Source: Paraspadella gotoi (Eukaryota; Animalia; Chaetognatha). Taken from it: a DNA stretch of 64,000 nucleotides. The position numbers and the translations under genes were made by a program. This document shows positions 1 through 10,795 of the stretch, one piece after another. Position 1 is the first letter of the stretch; each line of letters starts with the position of its first letter. The notes under the pieces are model-generated. The model had not been told where the DNA came from. It saw only the letters and a program-made list of their open reading frames with translations, and made no database searches. Location of the stretch: contig CM119267.1 of the NCBI GenBank assembly GCA_051294375.1, positions 10,039,458 to 10,103,457 on the forward strand, given 5' to 3'.

Positions 1-208
1 CTGTAGACTAAATAGGTATATGAAGTAGGTCGATAATACCTACTTTCTCATCTCATGTAGTGGTCAGTCTGGTGATGATAAAAGGCCGTTCATTAACTGA
101 GACAGACCTTTCTTACACTAGTTTTAACAACCATTATCGGAATTTACCTAGCTTTATTTATTAAGTAAAGTTAGCTAGTGATACTTATTGCTTTTAAAAA
201 TAAAAAAT

Positions 209-240
209 GAAATATTTTCGCCGACCGAGGTTTTGGCTTC
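209..240 (+). repeat. Isolated terminus of the ttttcgccgacc TIR family
   Basis: aatattttcgccgaccgaggttttggc matches the motifs at ~1712 and ~1801. Confidence 0.5.
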
Positions 241-1697
241 AATTTTTTCACGAAATACGACACAAGACAAGACAAGACAATTTTTCTTCAAATTAAGATT
301 CAATCAAACTAGGTTCATACAGTTTTTTCCTCAATTTTTTTTCTTTTTTTTGTGTTTGACATAAGAAAGAAGGTATTGATTAATTTGTTCTGAACTATTC
401 AATCGTTCTGTTTAAACTGTAGTTAATAAGTTTTATTATAATTTAACACTAGTTTAGACTTGCAGTAAAATAAAAAATGATGCATCAGTTAGACCGTGCA
501 GCAAGCCTTTTACCAGATCCTAATTTATTTTCTTATGAACAACATCACTCATTCAGGGTCATCACTAAATTTTCCACCAAAGAGTCAAAATATCTAAACA
601 AAAGGAAAAAAAAGTTTTGTTTACCTATTTCCAGCATAAATTTTTACATATACTTCTTATTTATCTCGGCCATTTATAAATCCATACTAATGCCATAATA
701 AGTAAATATAATATTTTTCCCCTTAGTTTATTTTGTTTGATACATATCCACAAAGCAAAAATTACTTCCTTACTTGATCAATAATATATGCAATCTAGCT
801 ATCTAATAAAAAGCAAGACCAAGCAGATTCAAAATTTTTGCTTAAATTTTTTTATGAAATGCTGTTTTAGATTTGTATCTGTTTTAAAAACAGTAAAATT
901 TCACAATTTCTTGGAAAAATAATTTACTCATGGCATCAACGTAATAATTACGCCATTTTACCATCACTTTTGTCAGCTTTTGATATTTACTAAAAGCAAA
1001 GACTCAGATTTTGAAAATATTGTTGGTTTTAATCTAAATTCGACAGTTCTCTAGTAATAAAGGCGAAAATTTAAGCCAGAAAGAGCTAAAAAATTATAAA
1101 AAGTTTGGGAAAATATAATTATGAATTTTAATCATTTTTTATTTTCTTTCAGTTTTTAAAGTTTAATATTGAGTATTTTGAATTTATTTCTAATAAGTAC
1201 TGTTAAATATTATCCTTTTCATACTTATTCTTCACAAAATTTAGGAATAACTTTTAATAATTATTTTATCAAAAAACTAATAATCATCTTTATATTTTTT
1301 ATATTATATAATATTATATTATTAATAAAATTTATTAAAAATAAAACGTTTAATAAAAAATATAAAGTTTACATTAAATATATATTTCAAAATTAAATCA
1401 AGTATTGATTTAATCATTATTTTATTTAAAAAATCCTTTAAAATTAATTTCACAACTAAGATTACGATCAAAGAAAAATTGCAAAAGTACTCGATCACTT
1501 GGAAACTCTGGAGTTTTCCTTTCCGATCAAGTTTTTTCAGGTTTATCAGTCCTAACTTCTTCTACAGACAAAAAAGAACCTATAAAAATGAGTCGTGACC
1601 CTTCATCTGGTGTAGTTAAAAATTTGGGTAACACTACTAAACAACCTTTAAACCATTTTTAATCCTAAATTATCCCAATTATTTTATATGTAATGCA

Positions 1698-1966
1698 GCG
1701 AAATTTTATTTTTTACCGACCGGGGTTTTAGCGTTTTTTAAAAAACGATTTAAAAATATTTATTTAAAAAAAAAAAAATTTAAAAATTGAATTACTTTTA
1801 TTTTCGCCGACCATGGTTAGGGAAGTGTTAGGGTTAAGAGTATTTTAGGGTTAGGGGTGGTTAGGGTTAAGAGGGATTAGGGTTAGGGTAATTGAGATAA
1901 TATTTNNNNNNNNNNAGTTTTTTAAAAGACGTTAAAACCGCGGTCGGCGAAAGTAAAATTAACTCC
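1698..1966. mobile_element. Short non-autonomous TIR element with internal degenerate (TTAGGG)n
   Basis: Left aaattttattttttaccgaccggggttttagcgtttt is the reverse complement of right aaaagacgttaaaaccgcggtcggcgaaagtaaaatt. A second copy of the left motif lies at ~1792-1813, and a TTAGGG-like tract at ~1816-1890. Includes a 10-N gap. Confidence 0.65.
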
Positions 1967-2883
1967 GTAAAGGCATCAGGGAGCATCAGCACGATGATCT
2001 CTGATGGTCTGGTCACTCGGTAGAAGAAAAATAACAGCAAAAAATGGCAGTTATGGAATATTGGGGGCTTATTTTTCACTATTGATTTTTTAAAGCCTTT
2101 TCTGCTAATTTAAATTTTTTTTGATAACCCTGTGTGAGAAAATCAATTTGATTCCTGGATAACACATCGTGGGAAAACAATCAACCATGGAAACGAAATA
2201 ATTTGTCGCTTCCATCTCGGTCGTCGTCAATTTCAGTTCTTTCTGACGTGACCAGAATTGCGTGCAGATGCCGCGTCAGATTTTTTATCTTGTGTTTCAG
2301 TCGTTTCTATTGCACCAATCAACGTTGAAGTTCTTCAACAAGGACGCCAACCAAAGCAAAGAACCAATCCAAGTTCCGTTCTTCATTTAATTTTGTCCTT
2401 ACCTTTTTATGCACTTTTCGGGAATTTCGTTGACTATAGAATAAATCGTGTATTTATGCTAAATTCGTCATGCTGGTACTTACTTCATTACTTCATTAAG
2501 TCTAAGAAGAACTGCCATAATTTGACGACGACGACAGTAAACTCGCTTTACTATTCATTAGTATTTTATGACATAATTGTACTAATTTCATATAAATTTT
2601 AATTTTTTAAAATCATTGCTAGGTTTATTCTTTTCTTAAGAATAAAATTTGCACCTAAAAAAATTTTCTTGTCGCCACCTAAACTCCTTTTTTTTATTTT
2701 CATAGGAAAAGCTCCGTTTTATTCAATCTTAACTAAAAGCACGTTTGATGCTTTTTCGTAAAATTAACTGTTATGAAAATTTTAGATTTTTTTTTGTCGA
2801 AAACTTGACGAAATAGCTAGAGGACTTCATCTTCTTTCTACATGGATCTTCATGCCCAACGTTTTTTAAAAAAAATCAAATAG

Positions 2884-4794
2884 ATGTTTCAAAAATCTGG
2901 TTGGACGATGAGATTCAAGTTTGCGACCATTATAAAACTTTTAGGGAGTTTTTGCGTACTCGCGTGCCTTTGGAAGATAAGTCGACCACGAGATGGGAAA
3001 CCTTTCCAACCCCCCGACCACGATCACGATGAGCGTAAGTCACCTGTGCTCAAATTTGTGTGCAAGTGTATTTTTGTTGTCTAGTACACTAGTGTCTATT
3101 GTCTATGTGTGACTCAGAAAGAATTTCATTTGTTCCATTTTCTTAGAAATATTGATTTACCATTAATCATTTGTCACTCCATGAAATTTTAAAATTGACT
3201 ATTCTCATATTGTTTAAATATGAAATTTAAATTTTGTCCTATGTACATTATATTTTATTGTTAAATATTAAAATTCTAATTTCATCGCATATGTTTTTTA
3301 TCTCCAGCCACAGAATTGCGACTGGATAGCGTTGAAGTCTCGGATGCATGTATAGAGTTATTGAACTATGATTATCCCGGAAACGATATTAATGATTTTA
3401 CAGTCGACTCTAAAAACGAATGTAAAAAATCTTGCGAAGAGAGAAGCAACTGCGTCGGTAAGTTTCTGCATCTTTATACTTTTTACACTTATAAAATTTT
3501 AAAGTTTTTAATGATTACCATAACGATATAATTGCAGACAAGGAATGACACATGCACACTGGTACAATAATGACAATAATGGCTTTCTGAATACATATAA
3601 TTTTTCTCTCAAAGCATATCCGACCTTTTAAAATAAAATTATTTAGGAAAACGTAAAGAAAGAGAACAAGTTTTTTTTTCACTATCATTGTTTTTTTTAT
3701 TTATTTCTTCTGTAATTTTTGCAATGCTCGATTAATTATTGTATTTCTTTCGAGGCTTCTCCTACGTCACAAGAACCAATTTATGCTGGTTGAAGTCTAA
3801 ACTGGGAAAAAAACGTTATGACGCTGGCGTCGTTTCAGGCAGTTGCCTAAAACAAGGCAAGAAACGTGAATCATTATGTATCATTAGTCGATAAAAAAAT
3901 TTAACGTCTGATAGTCAACATATTTTGTTGTAGTAATACACATGTTAATCCTTTAAAGGGTACCAGCTTTTCTCTGAAAGCACAGATTCAGTTACCAGTC
4001 GAACGACCGCGATGCCAAGTTCAAGTTGGTTGTTTGACTACGGAATTCCAACCCCTAACTCCACTTGTAAATTGTAACCTTTTTATTTTAATATTGTTTT
4101 AGAAACGACTTTAAGTCTAAGCTCTGCTGGGTCAGCGAACCTTGCCATGCACCGCTCCGTCATCGCATCTTCGTTTTATAATAAGACAGAAAGCCCAGCT
4201 AGGTTGGTGGACGGTGTTTATCAATCGTCCTATATGGATCCTTGGTTGGGCTTTCATTCAGAAAATGAAAACAATCCCTGGATTCAAATTGATCTTGGCA
4301 GTTCTTATCATGTTGCAATGGTTGAGGTAAAAACTCAAATTTTTTGGTTATTTTTTTATTTCTGAAAATTTTTATTTTTTATAAATTTGAATTACGAACT
4401 AATTAATTATTTAATTCTTGCAGTTCTTTTTACATCAATTATGTACCATGTTTTTAATTTTATTAATTTTAATTATAAGTAATTTGAAATAGCAAATATA
4501 TGTAGAAACAAAAAAAATTATTTAGTTCAATCCCTACAGATTTACAATCGAATGTCTCCATATGAAGATGCTCGGTTCCGCCTCTTTCCATTTGAAGTGA
4601 GAATTGGCGACAAAGTGGACGGAGTTCAAAATCCAACCTGTACTCCAAAGCCTATTGACTTCAAAGATCGGTCTTTGGCGCCAAATCCTGTCGTTGTGTA
4701 TTGCGCGAAGTCAAAGGGCAGATACGTCATGGTCAGAATTCTTAAAAGGACGTTTCTCAACATCTGCGAAGTTAAAGTATTCGAGGGTAAGTAA
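2884..4794 (+). CDS. Multi-exon gene: N-terminal hydrophobic leader + PAN/apple domain + S/T linker + F-type lectin (fucolectin/FTP, F5/8C-like) domain
   Basis: Phase-compatible exons 2884(or 2908)-3034, 3308-3457, 3755-3856, probably 3959-4024, 4103-4326, 4540-4794. PAN signature C..NYDYPGNDI...CKKSCEERSNCVGFSYVTRTNLCWLKS...GVVSGSC. F-type lectin signature NLA..., LVDG, FHS...NPWIQIDLG...IYNR...RL..FEVRIG...C...C..KGRYV...LNICEVKVF. A possible extra donor at 4788 could extend the C-terminus. Confidence 0.85.
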
Positions 4795-5849
4795 CATTTT
4801 GGTAATTAAGTTAAGAATTATGAAAATATTTTTAAGAATATACCAAAAAAATAGTATCGTGGTCAATGACCACTGGTCATACGGATATAGCACGATTTGA
4901 TTTTTAACAAACTTCTAATAATGAGCAGTAATTCCAAAATTGCGATTGTAATGAACTAAATTTAGCTTTTTAAAAATGATCATAAATAAAATTAAATCCT
5001 TAGTTATTCAACTAAATTACATTATAGTTATAAACAATCAATTGAGATTCAAGTGAGTTAGAATCAGTCATAGCACCATTTTTGTTAGTTGGAATTAATC
5101 AATCAATCATCATAATTTATAATATATAATAAGTCACAAATGATTTTATTTAATTATAAGTTATCTGATTTGCTACGTAAATTATGGCTGACAGTCGCGA
5201 AATTTATTTATTTAGCTTGTACTAAATGTAGCTTGTATTAAATGAATGCACAATTTTTTGAAAATCACTTTATTTTATTTTTTTTTTTTTTTTGGTTTAT
5301 ATAACTTTTCCTTCCTACGAAGTACAATACATGTAAATCGCTTTTTTGCTTTTTTGTGTAAAGCGATGCAAGTGAAGATCTAGTGGGTGCAGACAAAAGA
5401 GCAAATTTCAATAAAAGTAATGGGAAAATGCTCATAGTAGAAAAAGTAAGAGACAAATCCTCGTAGTAGTAGCAAAGTTACAAAAACAGAAAAAAAATTG
5501 AAAAAAACAAAAATTAAAGCTATTGAAAAAAAAATTTTCAGGGGGTAAGTAAATCGCTAAAGCGATTTAAAAAAAATTAGTTTAAGTATATTCTATTAGA
5601 GGACAAAGACAAAGGGACATTCAAAATAAACTTTATCTGCACTCATTAGATCTTCACTTGTACCTGCTCTTTAATAAAATAATAATTTTTTTTTTTGAAA
5701 TTATATTTCTTATTTAATATATAATATATCCAAATAAAAATAATATTATTTTGATTTATAAAATATTTTTGCAAGTAGCAAAATGTTATTAGTGCTGCAG
5801 TAACAGTTCAGTTTAAGCCCTTGAAAGTGATTTCCATGTATTGGCTCAG

Positions 5850-8830
5850 CCACTGGTATATTTGTTGTTCACTTTTTGCTTACGAATATTCGACCTATAG
5901 GAAAAAGCTATACCGGAAGATCTTGCAGGCCTCCCATCCTGGATCCTTTTTCAAGCGAAATGAAAATTCATTTCAATCCTTTGCGGAAACAGAAATGTTC
6001 GGCCGAACGTGATTGGGTAATATTAAACAAAAACAAAAAAAAAAAAGTTTAAGCAAACAATGTCGGATCTGCCTACGATAATTAAGCGGTTATCAGCTAA
6101 TCAGATGATAAATGACGATAGTTCTATCAATTTGTGATCTTAACTGATCATAACAGATTTTACCATACCAAACCAGTAATACAAACAAATCATTTTTTAA
6201 CTATTATTTTTTTTTAACCTGCATCATTTTTTAATTTGCATCATTTTTTCAACTCGCATCATTTTTTTAACTTGTATCATTTTTTAAACCTGCATCATTA
6301 AATTTGCATCATTATTTCAACTTGCTTCATTTTTGCAACTTGCATCATTTTTCAAATTGCACAATTTTTTCACATTAATTAATTAAATAAAATAATTATG
6401 AGTAAGCATATATAATAAAAATTCAAGTCAACTTGACTTTGGTTTTTTTCATGTAAACTCATTTCCACTCGCACGATTCCATCGAAATTTTAGATACAGC
6501 TTCATCACTCACATTCCTACCCACAAATACAATTTCATCTCAATCTATCCATCCAATCCTGAGTAATTGGAGTTTTTTGCTAAGGGGGACGGATGGACAG
6601 ACGGACTTCATTTTTTTGGTATATTTTATTATAATTTGATGTTCTGACATGATTTAAGTGAATGCCTGACCAGATTGAGGGGGCGGACCGATGGACCGAC
6701 AAAGTGGATTATAGACTCTATAATATAGAGTCGGGATCTGCTAATAAGCAGATCCGACTAAAAATTAAATACATAAGCTTATTTTTGTGTTCACTCGTCG
6801 CTTATTTACAGATCTATGTTCATTCCGGGAAAATTTACTTCCACTCTGATTTCTTCAAAGCGCATCCCGAGGGCCACTGCGACGTGACGCCCATTTTGCG
6901 GGCCTCGGAGATGCAAGTCAAACTCGGCAGAGCTTTGAGAAACGTCGAAAACGGTACCGAAATTCCGTCTGACTCTTTCTTCGCTCATTGCGTCGACAGG
7001 AATTCACAACGGTTCAAATCCATCTTCGCGTCTGTGAAGAGAGATGAAATGAAGGTTGCTGCATGGAAAAAAGCATGGATGAACGCCAAGGGTCTTCCGA
7101 AACGTGGTCCTGATGCTCGTCCCCCGGACATTGTGATGATCGGTCTTGATTCAATGGCACACAATGCATGGAAACGCTATCTGCCTCAAGCCTACGGAGT
7201 CCTGATCAAAAAGCTCGGGGCCGTCCCTATCAACGGTTATAACATCGTTGGCGATGGAACCCCTCAAGCGTTGCTGCCTATGTTGACAGGTCAATTGGCG
7301 GGTTTTTTTTTTTAAATTTCGGTCTGTAGGTATAAAGTACATCAAATCCTAATTACTATAACTAGGTATGACGGAACGAGAACTTCCGGAAGCAAGACGG
7401 GGACGTATTGCGGCAAAACCCGTCGATGATCATCCGTGGATATGGAGAAACTTTTCGCAAAGGGGATACGCGACCGCTTTTGTAGAAGACGGTCCGGAAA
7501 TGGGAGCTTTTAATTACAGGTTGGTTCAATTATATGAGATCATAATTGATTATTAACTAAATCTGAAGCATTATTACAGTAATGGTTAGAAACCTAATGA
7601 AATAAAAACTGACATATTTGTAATAAACTATTACGATCTAGGATGCATGGTTTTAAAGAACAACCAACCGATGTGTATGGAAGAACTCATTTTATGGCTG
7701 AAAAAAAATTTAAGGATTTTTTTATATCAAAGACACATCATTGTGTCGCCGGATTACATCGATACACCAGTGGCTTTATAAATCTCATACGTGAACATTT
7801 TCGCGTACTGCCGGAAGTCCCGAAGTTTCTTTTTATGTTTTCAGGTTATTACCTATTTTGGTCCTAGGGCATAATAATGATGATGATTATGATAATGATT
7901 ATGTTTTTCTTTCTGTTCTCAGGAGATTTCACTCATGGCAGCAATGATGTGGTAGCGTCTCTGGACGACGATCTTCGTGACTTTTTTCTAGAACTCAAAG
8001 CCGAGAGGCGACTTGAGAACGCCGTTCTAGTCGTATTCGCAGATCACGGCGCTCGCTTCAGTAAGATGCGTCAGACGGAGCAGGGCAAAATCGAGGAGCG
8101 CATGCCACTTTACGCCATTCGTTTTCCCGACTGGTTCCGCCAGATGTATCCTAAAAAGTTTGAGTCTTTTGTAAAAAACGCAGAGGACGCGCTGGTCACG
8201 CCTTTCGACGTTTACGCCACTTTTCGTCACATCCTTCAGATTGATCAGGACAAAATGGAAATTCCGCACTTCAAATCGCATCGCGGAGTTCGGGGCATAT
8301 CTCTCTTCCAACCGATTTCCACCGAACGCCTTTGCAGCGACGCGGACATCGAGCCTCACTGGTGCGCCTGCTTGCGGTGGAAGCCTATGCACACGAGAAA
8401 CACGCTCGTGCTGCACGCCGCATCCAATTTTGTAAACTTCTTGAACGGTCTAACGGAAGCCCACCGTTCAAAATGTGCCCTTCTTCGTCTCGGCAAAATC
8501 CTCTCCGCGGGAAAGTTCGAAACCGACAGAAAGATGCGAAAGTTTGTCAAGACTAAAGACGGAGACGGATTTGAACCGGATCTCAGCGGGAATACCAAAC
8601 AGACGATAGTGACAGTCCAGATTAAGGTAGAGACGCTGCCCGGTCATGGGCTTTTTGAATGCACTTTAAAGGTTGAGAATGGAATCGTTACTGTAAACTC
8701 GAATGAGATTAGTCGAATCAATCAATATGGTAATCAACCAGCTTGCGTGGCAGCTGATCATCCATATTTAAGGCGATTTTGCTATTGTTTGGATCAGAGT
8801 CTGAATGAGACGTCAAGTTCCATGTTGTGA
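5850..8830 (+). CDS. DUF229-family protein (alkaline phosphatase/sulfatase superfamily fold); true start codon not resolved
   Basis: Exons ~5850-6016 (CRPPILDPF...KC..ERDW), 6812-7289, 7366-7519, 7642-7844, 7923-8830, with GT-AG boundaries and matching phases. Motifs IVMIGLDS, GYNIVGDGT, GYATAFVED, F.YR..GF.EQPTD.Y.R, THG, VFADHGARF, EERMP, TPFDVYAT, C.DADIEPHWCAC, RINQYG.Q..C......L..FCYC. The first-exon frame has a TGA at 5828, so the 5' end is uncertain. Confidence 0.9.
6024..6763 (-). mobile_element. Helentron-associated (HINE/DINE-1-like) non-autonomous element in the first identified intron of the DUF229 gene
   Basis: On the minus strand: T-run, subTIR gtcggatctgc with adjacent inverted copy (hairpin 6729-6759), a GTCC/GTCT microsatellite (6587-6606), internal tandem repeats, distal subTIR gcagatccgac (6062-6072), short hairpin gtttgcttaaac, T-run. 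This order matches the described HINE architecture. Confidence 0.7.
6206..6372. repeat. ~20-22-bp tandem repeat (ttttttaacYtgcatca), about 8 copies
   Basis: Repeated tgcatcatttt units seen directly; lies inside the HINE-like element. Confidence 0.85.
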
Positions 8831-9284
8831 CCTGCGGCGCGGGGCAATTCTTTTCACTTTGTTTTCACGTCTGACTTGGTGTCCGGTATTTTTTTCTTAT
8901 TTAAATCGTGCCTATAATTTTCGCTTTACTTAATAACTAGGCTAAGTGACATTTATGTAGGCTAGTAGAATTATTATTTCATACTTGTCTAAGTCTTCGC
9001 TGATAAATTTGTTTAAATTATTTTTATGAAATAGAATTTTTTATTTGAAAAAACATTAAGAATTCACTTACGGCTATTGGCTATGATCATGAGTGCTTTG
9101 AGTTTGAGCTTCAGAAGTTCATTTTTAATTGATTTTTCCCCTTTTTTTGTCATTCAACCAATTTATTAATTTTTTTATCGTTAATTAATAAGAAACTTTT
9201 AGAAAAGATTTATGAAATTTTTTTTAATGCAAATTTGCATACTTTAAAAATGTTTTAAATTATCTAATATAATAAATGCATGGC

Positions 9285-9502
9285 TTATTTTTACATTCGC
9301 CGACCCGGATTTTGCGGTCGGTTATTTATTTTTCTTTTTTTATGAATGACGTAGAGAAATCTCGTTGCGCAAAATTGAAAAAAAAGATACTGGTAAGGGT
9401 AGAAAAAGTTTTTATTACAAATTTCATTTCAAAAATTCCCTGAAGTAACCCTAAACCCTTACTACCCCTAACCATAACCACCCCTAATCCCTAACTACCC
9501 TT
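9285..9502. mobile_element. Degenerate copy of the TTAGGG-carrying TIR family
   Basis: ttacattcgccgacccggattttgcggtcgg at ~9291-9321, followed by a degenerate (CCCTAA)n tract at ~9446-9501. Confidence 0.5.
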
Positions 9503-9601
9503 TATCCAATTGCTAACCGTTTAAAAAAATAACACGAAAATATTATTTTTCCTTTCCTTTCTTTGTTTTTCTATGTACAAAGAATTTTATTAAAAAACAA
9601 A

Positions 9602-9648
9602 TTTCGAACATTTTTCGGCTTCAATGTAAACCTTCATCAGCGCAAAAA
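9602..9648 (-). ncRNA. Minimal type I hammerhead ribozyme motif (Penelope-associated style), degenerate stem I
   Basis: Minus strand: tttttgcg CTGATGA a ggttt-acattg-aagcc GAAA aatg TT cgaaat. Both catalytic boxes are present around a 5-bp stem II. Confidence 0.65.
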
Positions 9649-9742
9649 CTAATTGATTTATGAAAAAAATATTTTTAAAGACTTTGAAGTTTGAAGAGAG
9701 AGAGAAAGAGTCAGTGAAAATATTTGTTTCACAAATCAATTC

Positions 9743-9790
9743 TTTTTGCACTGATGAAAGCTTACATTGAAGCTGAAACATGTCCAAAAT
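9743..9790 (+). ncRNA. Minimal type I hammerhead ribozyme motif (Penelope-associated style), degenerate stem I
   Basis: tttttgca CTGATGA a agctt-acattg-aagct GAAA catg TC caaaat. Both boxes present, perfect 5-bp stem II, palindromic CATG loop III and GUC cleavage triplet. Confidence 0.7.
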
Positions 9791-10795
9791 TTGTTTCTTT
9801 TTAAAACGTGAACATAAACAGTAAAGTTACCCAAGATTCTGATGAATTTGAATGTTAAAGTTTAAACAAAACGATAAAAAGGTATTACAGCTAAAATCCG
9901 AAACCGTGGGTAGACGGTAGAGGACGGTATGTAACGTGGTTTTGCCCCAAAGTTAAAGTTAACATGAGGCCTTTTGTTTTGAAAACCTTGTCCTTAAATT
10001 AATATTAATTAATTAATATTGTTTCACTCAGAATTAGCTTAATAGCGTAATTAATTTTTTTTGTCGATTGAAAGCTAAAGTCTTAGCAAATAAATGCTGA
10101 AAAGCTGAGATTTGAATTTACAATGGTTAAGAGCTGCTTTCTTAACTTGGAACTGACCGCCACTGACACTGTCCTTAAAATGTATAGAAAAATCATGGTT
10201 ATTTTTGGTTACTGACCAGGACATTCAGAAATGAACTGGGTTGTCGAAGTTAAATGGCTATACTTCATTGTACTTCATTCTATTCTTTCCCTAGTTTCAT
10301 TTATTAATAACAAGTACTAGTTTTCATTAGTAGATTTTCAATACAATCCGGACAGTTAAATACATTTTTTCAAAATTTTACAGCGTCATGTTTCAATTAA
10401 AACATCGAAAATATTTATAAACCTTATATTTAAAACTTAAAGATTTTAATTTTAATTACGGTAGATTTTTTGGGGAAATGAAAAAGTTTGTTTTTAAATA
10501 TTTAAACTTAAGAAAAGAGAGTTAAACAAAGTACAATATGCATACTATACGGTTTTTATATAAAATATCTGAATACTTTTATTCTGATCACAGCAAAGGT
10601 TTTGTTAAAACGTAGTAAAGGTCATAATTATAAAATAATAATTTCATAAAACTATCACGGCCAAGTAGAAATAAAATATACGCAGACAGACATATTTTTA
10701 TATCGCGAATTAATTTATTTACATTATTTGACACACTTTCTGAGATCCCCAGTTCATGGCATTCTATGCCATTTCTTGCTCAAGGTTCGAACCAT

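Larger units (their letters stand above)
9591..9800. repeat. ~95-bp-arm inverted repeat carrying the two hammerhead motifs
   Basis: Arms ~9591-9685 and ~9708-9800 are reverse complements (e.g. aattgatttatgaaaaaaatatttt vs aaaatatttgtttcacaaatcaatt) around a short GA-rich loop. Confidence 0.85.

Noticed and set aside
1816-1890. TTAGGG tract as a true telomere or chromosome fusion point
   Set aside because: Short, degenerate, internal, bounded by inverted repeats and repeated at other loci with the same motif.
6662-6811. 5' extension of the 217-aa ORF (MPDQIEGADRW...)
   Set aside because: It lies in the intron and HINE-like element; the real exon starts at the acceptor before 6812.
8027-8598. 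Alternative-frame and antisense ORFs over the last DUF229 exon
   Set aside because: Shadow ORFs of a GC-richer coding exon with no independent support.
9838-9860. Additional CTGATGA boxes (also ~46286, 49534, 59583, 63871)
   Set aside because: No stem II followed by GAAA and a UH cleavage site.
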